From NCBI GenBank assembly GCA_964394025.1, contig CAYMWD010000001.1, forward strand, positions 1 to 24,972: DNA of 24,972 nucleotides. The letters are read 5' to 3'. Of the stretch, positions 7,416-15,918 are shown one piece after another. The DNA comes from an uncultured archaeon (GTDB lineage Archaea; Iainarchaeota; Iainarchaeia; Iainarchaeales; Iainarchaeaceae). Position 1 is the first letter of the stretch; each line of letters begins with the position of its first letter. The notes beneath the pieces are model-generated. The model searched no databases. It was not told where the DNA came from and worked only from the letters and a program-made list of their open reading frames with translations. A program made the position numbers and the translations under genes.

Positions 7416-7429
7416 GAAACCTTTTTAAA
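7416..7429 (+). promoter_or_regulatory. BRE/TATA promoter candidate for rpl10e
   Basis: GAAACCTTTTTAAA, identical over 14 nt to the element upstream of the S-layer gene. Confidence 0.55.
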
Positions 7430-7501
7430 GCATTCCAAGGAAGAATAATTAGTTCTAAAAATACTGTTTTTACAGTTAGATTCAATTTTTAGTGATTTAA
7501 A

Positions 7502-8224
7502 ATGGGTATAAGACCTGGAAGTTGCTACGCAACACTGAAAGATCGTCCGTATACAAGGAAAGCACACAAAAAACAGAAAAAAGATTATATTGGTGCAATT
7601 CCAGGTGTAAGAACAAGACAGTGGAATATGGGCAACGGAGTCAAAGAATTTGATACTTTACTTAATCTTAAAACTACTGGAGTACCTCTAGGAGTTCAAA
7701 TAAGAGATAATTCTATTGAAAGCGCAAGACTTGCAATAAACAGGGCTCTTGTAGAAACAATAGGAAAAGAAGATTTTTTCTTAAAAGTAAGAATTTTTCC
7801 ACACCACATTCTTAGAGAAAACAAACAGGCTCAAGGTGCAGGTGCAGATCGTGTTTCAAAAGGAATGAGCCATTCATTTGGAAAATCAATTGGAAGAGCT
7901 GCAAGAGTTAAAAATGGTCAAACTGTATTTTCAGTTCTTGTTGCTAATGAAGATAAAGAAAAAGCAAAAAAAGCACTCCTTAAATCAATTTCAAGATTTA
8001 CTTGTCAAGTTACTGTTGAAGAAAGCAAAGATGTTGAAAGTATAGGTACAAAACCTAAAAAGACAAGAGACATGTTGAAAGCACAAAAAACAGAAGATGG
8101 TGCAGAAACTGAAACCACAGAAACAAAAGCAGTTGCAGGTAAAAAAGCAGAACCAGCTAAAAAAGCAGATGCTGGTAAAAAAGCAGAACCAGCTAAAAAA
8201 CCAGAAGCAGGGAAAAAGAAATAA
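7502..8224 (+). CDS. rpl10e: 50S ribosomal protein L10e (uL16) with C-terminal K/A/P extension
   Basis: N-terminal RPGSCY...RPYTR, QIRDNSIESAR, and KVRIFPHHILRENKQAQGAGADRVSKGMSHSFGKSIGRAARV. Confidence 0.97.
   Translation: MGIRPGSCYATLKDRPYTRKAHKKQKKDYIGAIPGVRTRQWNMGNGVKEFDTLLNLKTTGVPLGVQIRDNSIESARLAINRALVETIGKEDFFLKVRIFPHHILRENKQAQGAGADRVSKGMSHSFGKSIGRAARVKNGQTVFSVLVANEDKEKAKKALLKSISRFTCQVTVEESKDVESIGTKPKKTRDMLKAQKTEDGAETETTETKAVAGKKAEPAKKADAGKKAEPAKKPEAGKKK
8135..8218 (+). repeat. 36-nt tandem repeat (about 2.3 copies) in the rpl10e tail
   Basis: gcaggtaaaaaagcagaaccagctaaaaaagcagat / gctggtaaaaaagcagaaccagctaaaaaaccagaa / gcagggaaaaag, encoding AGKKAEPAKKAD-AGKKAEPAKKPE-AGKK. Confidence 0.85.
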
Positions 8225-8239
8225 ATCCTATTTTTGATT

Positions 8240-9244
8240 ATGCCAAAACTAATTTTTGACTTACAAAAAGCAAAAGAATTTGTCAAAAAAAATAATCTAA
8301 AAACAATAATTATACAAATTCCTGAAGGACTCAAAACACAAGCAACAGAAATTTGTGATGAATTCTCTTTTTGTGAAAATGTTTTTACAAAAACAGACCC
8401 TTGCTTTGGAGCATGTGATTTGCCTTTGCACGATAAAAATGTGCTTAATGCAGATTGCATCGTGCATATTGGGCACACTGGAATTCATTCAAACAAAAAC
8501 ATAGTTTATGTTCCTCTTCATTATGAAATAAGCATTGAAGAAACAGAAGCAATGGGCAAAAAAATTGTAAAAGAACTTCAAAAAAATAAAATAGATTCTG
8601 TAGCGCTTATAGCCAATGCGCAATATTTATCAGTGCTTCCTGAACTTAAAAAAATTCTTTTCAAAAATGAAATAAAAAGCTTTGTTGGAAAAGGAAGTGA
8701 AAGAATTTCTTATGAAGGTCAAATTCTTGGATGTAATTATTCAGTAGTTGAATCAATCGAATCGGCTGTACAGGCTACTGTTTATTTTGGAGATGGTTAT
8801 TTTCACCCAATTGGATTAGTTTACAGCACTAAGAAAAAAGTTTTTGTTGCTAATCCACTTAGTAAAAAAGTAGAAGAAATTTCTGAAAAAAGAGACAGAC
8901 TATTAAGAAAAAGATACGGCGCAATTGCAAGAGCATCAGACGCAAAAAGATTCGGAATTATTGTTTCCACAAAATCAGGGCAAAGAAGAAAAGAATTAGC
9001 ACTTGAACTTAAAAAAGCAATTGAAAGAAAAGGAAAAAAAGCATACTTGCTTGAATGCGATTTAATTAATGAAAGCTATTTTATTGGAATTGATGTTGAT
9101 TGCCTTGTAAATACTGCCTGCAACAGAATTGTGCTGGATGACGCAGAAAATTGGAAAAAGTTAATAATAAATCCAACAGAATGCTTAATAGCAATAGATG
9201 AAAAAAGCTGGAAAGAATGGATTCCTGATGAGCTTGAAAGGTGA
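8240..9244 (+). CDS. dph2: Diphthamide biosynthesis enzyme Dph2 (2-(3-amino-3-carboxypropyl)histidine synthase)
   Basis: QIPEGLK, DPCFGACD, HIGH, GQILGC and ACNR, carrying the three Fe-S cysteine motifs. ATG at 8240 preferred over TTG at 8234. Confidence 0.92.
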   Translation: MPKLIFDLQKAKEFVKKNNLKTIIIQIPEGLKTQATEICDEFSFCENVFTKTDPCFGACDLPLHDKNVLNADCIVHIGHTGIHSNKNIVYVPLHYEISIEETEAMGKKIVKELQKNKIDSVALIANAQYLSVLPELKKILFKNEIKSFVGKGSERISYEGQILGCNYSVVESIESAVQATVYFGDGYFHPIGLVYSTKKKVFVANPLSKKVEEISEKRDRLLRKRYGAIARASDAKRFGIIVSTKSGQRRKELALELKKAIERKGKKAYLLECDLINESYFIGIDVDCLVNTACNRIVLDDAENWKKLIINPTECLIAIDEKSWKEWIPDELER

Positions 9245-9248
9245 ATAA

Positions 9249-9560
9249 ATGCCACGACCTAGTGAAAGAAAACCAAAAAGAATAGAAAAACCAGTAATAG
9301 AAAAAATGACTCTTGAAGAACAAGCTACTGCAACTCATGGCGGAATTACAGGAAAAATTATTTCTCTTGGCCAAGAAAAAGATATGATTCAGCAAGCAAT
9401 TAGATTTGGAAATCACACAATAATCCAAACAGCATCAGGAAAAATTGCAAAACTTGAAGGAAATCAAATAAGTCCTGTGCCTCAAGAAGTCAGAGAAAGA
9501 CTAAAACCAATGCTTGAAATTATTGCAAAAACAAGAAAACTTACTTTTTTTGAAAATTAA
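9249..9560 (+). CDS. Hypothetical protein (103 aa) with basic N-terminus
   Basis: SD-like AGGTGA overlaps the dph2 stop and ATG follows 4 nt after that stop. No recognisable motif. Confidence 0.7.
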   Translation: MPRPSERKPKRIEKPVIEKMTLEEQATATHGGITGKIISLGQEKDMIQQAIRFGNHTIIQTASGKIAKLEGNQISPVPQEVRERLKPMLEIIAKTRKLTFFEN

Positions 9561-10477
9561 AAATGAATATCGCTAGGATCTGGAGTTTCATAATCATCAT
9601 ATTTTGACGATTTAGATTTCTTTGCTTTTTTTAATTTGCTTTTTGTTGTTTTTCCTTTCCTTGCCGGTTTTCCTGTTGTTTCTTGCGCATCAATTTCCTG
9701 TCCTGTTTCACATATTATTGTTCCAACAAATGAATAGCCATTCACATAATTTTTGAAATTTTCAATATCGTTTCCATCAAGAACAACAGCAGGAATTTTA
9801 CTCCTCTGTAAAATCATGCAACAGGCAATATCCAAAACAACATTTTGCCCAGGTTTTGAACCTGAAGAAAGCACAAGAGAAACAAGATTTTCATAGCTTA
9901 TTTCATCATAACGTTTTGCATCAGGATAATCTCTTGGATCAAGAGTGTAAACTCCATCCACATTAGTGAGATTTACAAATGTAGCATCAAGCGATTCTGC
10001 AATCAAAGCGCCTACCGCATCAGTAGTGAAAAAAGGCATTAAGCCTCCAAATACAGGAATTTTTCCGGAATCAAGAATTTTTTTTGCGTCTGAAATTTTT
10101 GTAAGAATTTCTTTGTGGCATTCGGGAATTGAATTAGCAAGAAGCAAAGCATTTGTTCGGGTAACAGAAATTCCAATCATGTCTTTATCAAAATTATTTA
10201 TTTCAAGCGAATCGCAAGCAGAAACATATTCTCTTGCAACTTTACCCCCGCCAACTACCACAACAACCTTTTTACCCTGTGAATGAAGAATAGAAATTGC
10301 CTCACTAATAGCCCTTATTTTTTCAGTATCAGGTTTTGCCTTAACAAGAAGTGAACCTCCGACAGAAATAACAAAAATATTTCCAAAATGCGAAACTGAA
10401 GAAGATGATTCTGCAGTATTTTCCTGATTTTCAGAATTTTTAGAGTCATTATTGTAATTTTCAAACATATCAAACAT
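9557..10477 (-). CDS. pyrH: Uridylate (UMP) kinase, archaeal type, with N- and C-terminal extensions
   Basis: VISVGGS, VVGGGKVAREY, DMIGI, TTDAVGALIAE and TNVDGVYTLDP. Start placed at ATG 10477 because TTAAATA (10511-10505) lies about 30 nt upstream, which fits a leaderless transcript; the ORF-track TTG at 10501 is too close to that box. Confidence 0.93.
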   Translation of the reverse strand: MFDMFENYNNDSKNSENQENTAESSSSVSHFGNIFVISVGGSLLVKAKPDTEKIRAISEAISILHSQGKKVVVVVGGGKVAREYVSACDSLEINNFDKDMIGISVTRTNALLLANSIPECHKEILTKISDAKKILDSGKIPVFGGLMPFFTTDAVGALIAESLDATFVNLTNVDGVYTLDPRDYPDAKRYDEISYENLVSLVLSSGSKPGQNVVLDIACCMILQRSKIPAVVLDGNDIENFKNYVNGYSFVGTIICETGQEIDAQETTGKPARKGKTTKSKLKKAKKSKSSKYDDYETPDPSDIHF

Positions 10478-10630
10478 ATAATCGTAAACAGTACGAAACA
10501 ATAATATTTAACCTTTACGTGCAAAAGAAGAGCTTTGCAGAAGCATTATAAAACCAATTAGCCCAAATTATTACATGAAGACAAACCAATTGGATTGATC
10601 TTATTCTAAACTAATTAATTAGTGATATTT

Positions 10631-11863
10631 ATGCAATTTGATGTTGAATACACTCAGTCAGATGAAGCGGTTTTCAAGAAAAAAATAAAAAAACTTGGAA
10701 AATACAAAGGCCGCGGCACAGAACTCATTACAGTTTACATTCCAGAGGATACTGACAGAAGTTCAGTAATGAACCAGCTTACTGAAGAAATTTCACAAAG
10801 TTCAAACATTAAAAGCCCAACTACAAGAAAAAATGTACAAGGTGCTTTGAGAAAAATAATTAATTTTTTGAAACAAATTGATTTCAAAATTCCAACACAC
10901 GGCCTTGTTGTTTTTGCAGGAAACATTTCTGAAACAGAGGGAAGACAAGACCTTAGACTTTTTACCGTAAGACCGCTTAAAGACCTTAGAACAAAATTAT
11001 ATTGGTGTGATTCACAATTTCATTTGGATCCACTTAAAGAAATGATAAAACCTAAAGGAAGCTATGCCCTTGTAACAATTGATAAAAATGAATCAACAAT
11101 TGCACTGTTGGTTGGAAAAAGATATGAAATATTGGGGCATTTTACTTCAGGCTATAGCGGTAAATTTAGAGCAGGAGGTCAAAGTGCACAACGTTTTCAA
11201 AGATTAAGAGAAGAAGAAGAACATGAATTTTACAAAAGAATAAGCGAAAAAATGAATTCAATATTTGTAGATGGAATTGAAAGTATGAAAGGCGTAATAA
11301 TAGGCGGACCTGGAATGACTAAAGATTTTTTTATTGAAACTGATTTAATTGACCACCGAATAAGAGACAAAATAATTGGAACAATTGATACTTCTTATAC
11401 TGATGAATCTGGAATAAGAGAATTGATTCAAAAATCCGAGGAACTTCTTAAAGATACTGACATGATGAAAGAAAGACTTATTGTGCAGAATTTTTTAGAA
11501 GAACTTGCAAAAAGTGGACTTGCTGCATATGGAGAAAAAGAAGTAATGCACGCACTTGAAATGGGACAAGTTGAAAAAATACTTGTAAGCGAACCAATTG
11601 AATGGTTAGTATACAAAATAAAAAATCTTAGCACTGATAAAATAGAAATTATAATTGATAAAAAAGGTGATTTTAAAGCATCATCTTACAAAGGCAACAC
11701 ACCAATAGAAATTCTCGAAGAATTAGATTATCTTGATTTTATTATTGAAAAAGCAGAAGCAACAGGAACAAAAGTAGAAGTTGTTTCAACAGACACTCCT
11801 GAAGGGGAACAATTTTATTCTGGTTTTGGCGGACTTGGCGCTATTTTAAGATACAAAATTTAA
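10631..11863 (+). CDS. prf1: Peptide chain release factor aRF1
   Basis: NIKS motif, AGGQSAQRF (GGQ motif), IIGGPG and C-terminal FGGLGAILRY. The GTG at 10622 is part of an SD-like GTGAT, so ATG 10631 was chosen. Confidence 0.97.
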   Translation: MQFDVEYTQSDEAVFKKKIKKLGKYKGRGTELITVYIPEDTDRSSVMNQLTEEISQSSNIKSPTTRKNVQGALRKIINFLKQIDFKIPTHGLVVFAGNISETEGRQDLRLFTVRPLKDLRTKLYWCDSQFHLDPLKEMIKPKGSYALVTIDKNESTIALLVGKRYEILGHFTSGYSGKFRAGGQSAQRFQRLREEEEHEFYKRISEKMNSIFVDGIESMKGVIIGGPGMTKDFFIETDLIDHRIRDKIIGTIDTSYTDESGIRELIQKSEELLKDTDMMKERLIVQNFLEELAKSGLAAYGEKEVMHALEMGQVEKILVSEPIEWLVYKIKNLSTDKIEIIIDKKGDFKASSYKGNTPIEILEELDYLDFIIEKAEATGTKVEVVSTDTPEGEQFYSGFGGLGAILRYKI

Positions 11864-11881
11864 CAAAAAAAAAGATTCAAT

Positions 11882-13138
11882 ATGACTGGCATAAAACATT
11901 ACACTACAACCACCAAAGGCATTGGTGGAGATTTGAAAAAAAAAATATCTGATTTTATAGTAAAAGAAATTACTACTGAAGGGAAAGTTCTCGAACAAAA
12001 AGCATTCGGCGAATGGGATGATAAAAGAGAACAGGAATTTGAAATTAAGGGCGAAAAAAAAGAATATCTTCATGTGTCAATGGAAAAATTCAACATGGAC
12101 ACTAACAATGCAATAAGAATGATATGCAGAGGAATGTATTCCTCCCCAAAAAGAATTACCTATGCAGGAATGAAAGACAAAAGAGCAATCACAATTCAAA
12201 GACTTTGCATTTGGAATCCTGATGTTGAAAAATTAAAAGAATTCAAAAGCAGATATATTTCAATTACAGACGGAGAATGGAGCAACGAAAAAATAACAAT
12301 CGGCTCACTTAAAGGAAATAGTTTTGAAATTACAATAAGAAATATTGATATGCAAGAAAAAGAACTTCGCGAAACAACAGAAAAATGTTTTTCAGAAATG
12401 AAAGAAAATGGTTGTGCAAATTATTTCGGAGAACAAAGATTCGGCGGATTTAGAGAAATAACTCACAAAGTTGGAAAAAAATTTATTGAAGGAAAAGTTG
12501 AGGAAGGAGTAATGCTTTATTTGACTTCACCATCAGAAGGAGAAGAAGAAGAAATTGCAATTGCAAGAAAAAATCTTGCAGACACAAAAGATTTTTCAAA
12601 AGCAATCAAAGAATTTCCATCAAAATTAAGATATGAAAGATCAATAATACACCATTTGTGTAAATTTCCCTGTGACTTTGTCGGAGCTTTTCAAAACATG
12701 CCCAAACACATGACTTATATGTTTACCCATGCATACCAAAGTTATCTTTTCAATTTAGTGATTAATGAAAGAATTGAATCAGGAATAGGACTTAAACCAA
12801 TTGAAGGAGATGTTGAAGAAGATGGTTTTGTAATGGGCCCTCTTTTTGGGTTTGAAACAAAACTTTGCACAGGAAAACCCGGCGAAATAGAACAAAAAAT
12901 CCTTGATTCGGAAGGAATTAAACTTGAAGATTTTAAAGTAAAAAGTTTTCCAGAATTAAGCTGTATTGGAGTAAGAAAAAAAATACTTGTTTTTCCACAT
13001 GATATTAAATTAATTGAAATTAGCGAAGATGAACTTAATGAAGGAAAACTAAAACTTAAAACTGAATTTTGGCTTGACAAAGGCAATTATGCAACCACAA
13101 TCATGCGCGAACTAATGAAAATTGAAAAACTAGCATAA
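11882..13138 (+). CDS. truD: tRNA pseudouridine(13) synthase TruD
   Basis: Catalytic motif GMKDKRAIT, NYFGEQRFGG and C-terminal LDKGNYATTIMRELMK. Confidence 0.96.
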   Translation: MTGIKHYTTTTKGIGGDLKKKISDFIVKEITTEGKVLEQKAFGEWDDKREQEFEIKGEKKEYLHVSMEKFNMDTNNAIRMICRGMYSSPKRITYAGMKDKRAITIQRLCIWNPDVEKLKEFKSRYISITDGEWSNEKITIGSLKGNSFEITIRNIDMQEKELRETTEKCFSEMKENGCANYFGEQRFGGFREITHKVGKKFIEGKVEEGVMLYLTSPSEGEEEEIAIARKNLADTKDFSKAIKEFPSKLRYERSIIHHLCKFPCDFVGAFQNMPKHMTYMFTHAYQSYLFNLVINERIESGIGLKPIEGDVEEDGFVMGPLFGFETKLCTGKPGEIEQKILDSEGIKLEDFKVKSFPELSCIGVRKKILVFPHDIKLIEISEDELNEGKLKLKTEFWLDKGNYATTIMRELMKIEKLA

Positions 13139-13219
13139 TACTGCAAAAATGAATTGAAAATAAGACAAATTAAAGGAATTAAGCACAAATAAAGCGTCTA
13201 ACTACACTTTTTTAGCACA

Positions 13220-13864
13220 TTAACTATTGCAACCTAATGCCTGTTTTAAATCATTTTCAGATGTAATTCCTGAATATAGCTTATTTTTGAGTATTATTGC
13301 AGGATACTGCGAAATAGAATATTTTTGAATTAAAACATCAACTACAGGAATCCCCATATCTTTTGGAAAAGCAAATACTCTTACATTTGAACAACTTTTT
13401 ACAACTGAATCCAAAACTTTTGCCTGAGTTGCCTCATCAGCAACATAATCATTTTCAGTGTAAAAATAAACCAAAGGAATTATTTCTTTATTTTCACAAT
13501 CTTTTATTGCTTTTTGAACAAGAATGTAAAGAAGAATATTTTCATTTAAATATTTAAGTTTAGGTAACTCAGTATCTGCAAAATAACCCTGTGCTTTTGC
13601 TGAATTAAGTTCTTTAAGAAGACCAGATGTTTTTGATATTTGTAAATCAATTCTTTTGGGCAAAATTTTACAAACTGATTCAGAATCATCAAAAACAGAT
13701 TCATAAAGAAGAAGTTGTTGTGTTGATTCTGATTCAAGTACACTCAACTCTATTTGATTTGAAATACTATTTACTCTTGCATTGTCAAACGCACTCATCA
13801 TTAGCAATCCTATTGCAAAAAGAATTCCAGTAAGCAAAAGCGCTTTGATATATTTGTTCACCAT
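13220..13864 (-). CDS. Membrane-anchored protein with a probable C-terminal thioredoxin-like fold lacking CxxC
   Basis: N-terminal hydrophobic anchor. C-terminal LVYFY...VRVFAF...KYSISQYPAIIL pattern includes the cis-Pro-like YP motif of thioredoxin folds. Start overlaps the GT2 stop by 7 nt. Confidence 0.7.
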   Translation of the reverse strand: MVNKYIKALLLTGILFAIGLLMMSAFDNARVNSISNQIELSVLESESTQQLLLYESVFDDSESVCKILPKRIDLQISKTSGLLKELNSAKAQGYFADTELPKLKYLNENILLYILVQKAIKDCENKEIIPLVYFYTENDYVADEATQAKVLDSVVKSCSNVRVFAFPKDMGIPVVDVLIQKYSISQYPAIILKNKLYSGITSENDLKQALGCNS

Positions 13865-15150
13865 ACATACTCACTACTATTTATCTCTTTGAAAAATCCA
13901 AAGAAAAACACAACTAAAATAAACAAACCATAAATGATTATAAACAATGTTATTTCAGGAAGTTTGTGGATTCCGAGCTTATCTCCTGCAAGAAGATGAC
14001 TAAAATAAATAAAAATTGTGTAAAATACTGCACCAATAAGATAGAATAAGAAATTTGAATTAAGCGCAATAACTGAAGGAGTTAAAACTGAAAGGTTATT
14101 TCCAACTGCAAGAAACGAAGAAACAAGACCAAAGTATTGTAAAAAAGATTCTACATTTGCGGCTACAAAAATAAAAATAAAAAGCACAATACACCATTCA
14201 ACAATAACTGAAAAAGGAAAAGTGAACAATCCAAAATCTCCATATTTTTTATTGAATAGCATTTTTGAATATTTTACAGTATTGAAAAATTTGCCCCTAT
14301 ACCACCTGACTCTTTGCCTAAAAAGAGCTTTTATTTTATGGGGTACTTCAGTATAAATGTGGGCATCAATTGATGCAATCATTTTAGCGCCATGTTCTCT
14401 CAAACGAAAAGCAATTTCCATGTCCTCAGTAATGTTGTTAACATCAAACCCGCCAATTTCACGAAGAGTTTTTGCATCATAAACACTCATTGGGCCGGGA
14501 GTTACAAGAATTGCATTTAAATCAGAAAGAATACTTTGAAAAAAACCAAAAGAAACTAAATACTCAACTTCTTGGATTCTTGCAACAATTCCTTTTACAT
14601 TATAAGCTCTTACAAAACCAGTTACTGCTTTTACCTCATTCTTAAGCTTTGGAACCATTTTTTCAAGACAATCAGAATTAGGATAAGTATCAGAATCAAT
14701 TGTTACAATTACTTTTCCTTTAGCAGAAGCAATACCATCATTAAGCGCAGCTGCTTTTCCTTCATTTTTCTTTTTTAAAATAAGTTTTATTCCACTTATT
14801 TTTCCAAGCAACTCTTTTGAGCCATCACTACTTCCATCATCAACAACAATAATTTCTTTTGTTCCTTTGTAAGCCATTGCTTTTACGTGTTCAATACATT
14901 TGAAAAGCAAATTTTTGTTGTTATAATTTGGAATTATTATTGAAACACTTGGCCATTCTTTTGGAATGGGTTCTTTTTTATCTTTTATTTCAAAATAAGC
15001 AAAAAGAAAAACACTATTAATGTAAATCAAAAGAACATTGAAAAAAATACTAATCCAATAAAGAGTTACTGTTTTAACCAAGAAATAAACAAAAATCAAA
15101 AGCACAGAAAATACTGCGATTGTTCTTGGTTTTATATTAGGAAATTTCAT
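13858..15150 (-). CDS. Processive GT2 glycosyltransferase (cellulose synthase / PgaC-IcaA / hyaluronan synthase-like)
   Basis: SIIIPNYN, DDGS, GKAAALN, DSD, TED and QRVRW (the D,D,D,QxxRW signature), with N-terminal and C-terminal transmembrane segments. Confidence 0.92.
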   Translation of the reverse strand: MKFPNIKPRTIAVFSVLLIFVYFLVKTVTLYWISIFFNVLLIYINSVFLFAYFEIKDKKEPIPKEWPSVSIIIPNYNNKNLLFKCIEHVKAMAYKGTKEIIVVDDGSSDGSKELLGKISGIKLILKKKNEGKAAALNDGIASAKGKVIVTIDSDTYPNSDCLEKMVPKLKNEVKAVTGFVRAYNVKGIVARIQEVEYLVSFGFFQSILSDLNAILVTPGPMSVYDAKTLREIGGFDVNNITEDMEIAFRLREHGAKMIASIDAHIYTEVPHKIKALFRQRVRWYRGKFFNTVKYSKMLFNKKYGDFGLFTFPFSVIVEWCIVLFIFIFVAANVESFLQYFGLVSSFLAVGNNLSVLTPSVIALNSNFLFYLIGAVFYTIFIYFSHLLAGDKLGIHKLPEITLFIIIYGLFILVVFFFGFFKEINSSEYVW

Positions 15151-15187
15151 TTAAATATTAGACAAAAGAGAGATTAAAAAAACATGC

Positions 15188-15802
15188 CTAAAGATTTCCA
15201 ACAATACTATTTATTCCACCTATTATTGAATCGGCATCTGAATACATGTTTTTAAGAACCGCAAAAGAACTTGTTGAAACCGAATCAAATGAATTTGGAT
15301 AAATTTTTATTGTTCCTTTTTCAAGCACTACTCTTGATTTTTCAAGAGAAGAATCAGGAAGTGCAATAAGAATTATTCCTTTATCTGAATCAGCAAGAAT
15401 TTTAGAACAATCATCTGCAGAAAGTTCTTTATTAGTAAGAACATCCCCTAAATTTGATTGACAATTTTTAAGTTCATTTTTTTCGAGTATTCTGCCCATT
15501 GAAATTACTTCTTTTTGTTTAAAAGTTAGAACTGTAATAAACATTGTAAGCGAAGAAAGCATGTAATTATTTTCAGCACCTTTTTCAACAAACTGAGGCG
15601 CTACTACAAAAGAATCATACTCTTTTAATTGAGCAAGAAGCACACCAGGTTCTGCTTCATTTGAAACAAACTCAACATCCCCTTGTACAACCGAATATTT
15701 GTAAGAAGAAAAATCATAATTAACTACAATAAAAACTGAAAGTAAAACTATCGCAGTGATTACTGCAGCAGTAAGATAAAAGTACAATTGTTTTGATTCC
15801 AT
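15188..15802 (-). CDS. Membrane-anchored hypothetical protein (204 aa)
   Basis: N-terminal hydrophobic helix LYFYLTAAVITAIVLLSVFIVV and one Cys pair. TTTTTAAAG about 27 nt upstream. Confidence 0.75.
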   Translation of the reverse strand: MESKQLYFYLTAAVITAIVLLSVFIVVNYDFSSYKYSVVQGDVEFVSNEAEPGVLLAQLKEYDSFVVAPQFVEKGAENNYMLSSLTMFITVLTFKQKEVISMGRILEKNELKNCQSNLGDVLTNKELSADDCSKILADSDKGIILIALPDSSLEKSRVVLEKGTIKIYPNSFDSVSTSSFAVLKNMYSDADSIIGGINSIVGNL

Positions 15803-15858
15803 AAAATAAAAAGTGTTTGAAAAACTTTAAAAACAAGAGCTTATGCTAAGGGAAAATT

Positions 15859-15904
15859 AAAAAAAAAAGAAGTTGTGGATTTGGCTTTCGCCAAATCACA
15901 CAAC
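15859..15904 (-). terminator. Hairpin plus poly-U terminator after the S-layer gene
   Basis: Minus strand GTTGTGTGATTTGGC-GAAA-GCCAAATCCACAAC-TTCTTTTTTTTTT: 14-bp stem with one bulge, GNRA tetraloop, then a 10-U run. Confidence 0.85.
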
Positions 15905-15918
15905 AAGGAACCATGCAA

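Noticed and set aside
10520-10600. Short hairpin TGCAAA/TTTGCA and repeated AAACCAATT in the pyrH-prf1 divergent region
   Set aside because: Too short and AT-rich to distinguish from chance.
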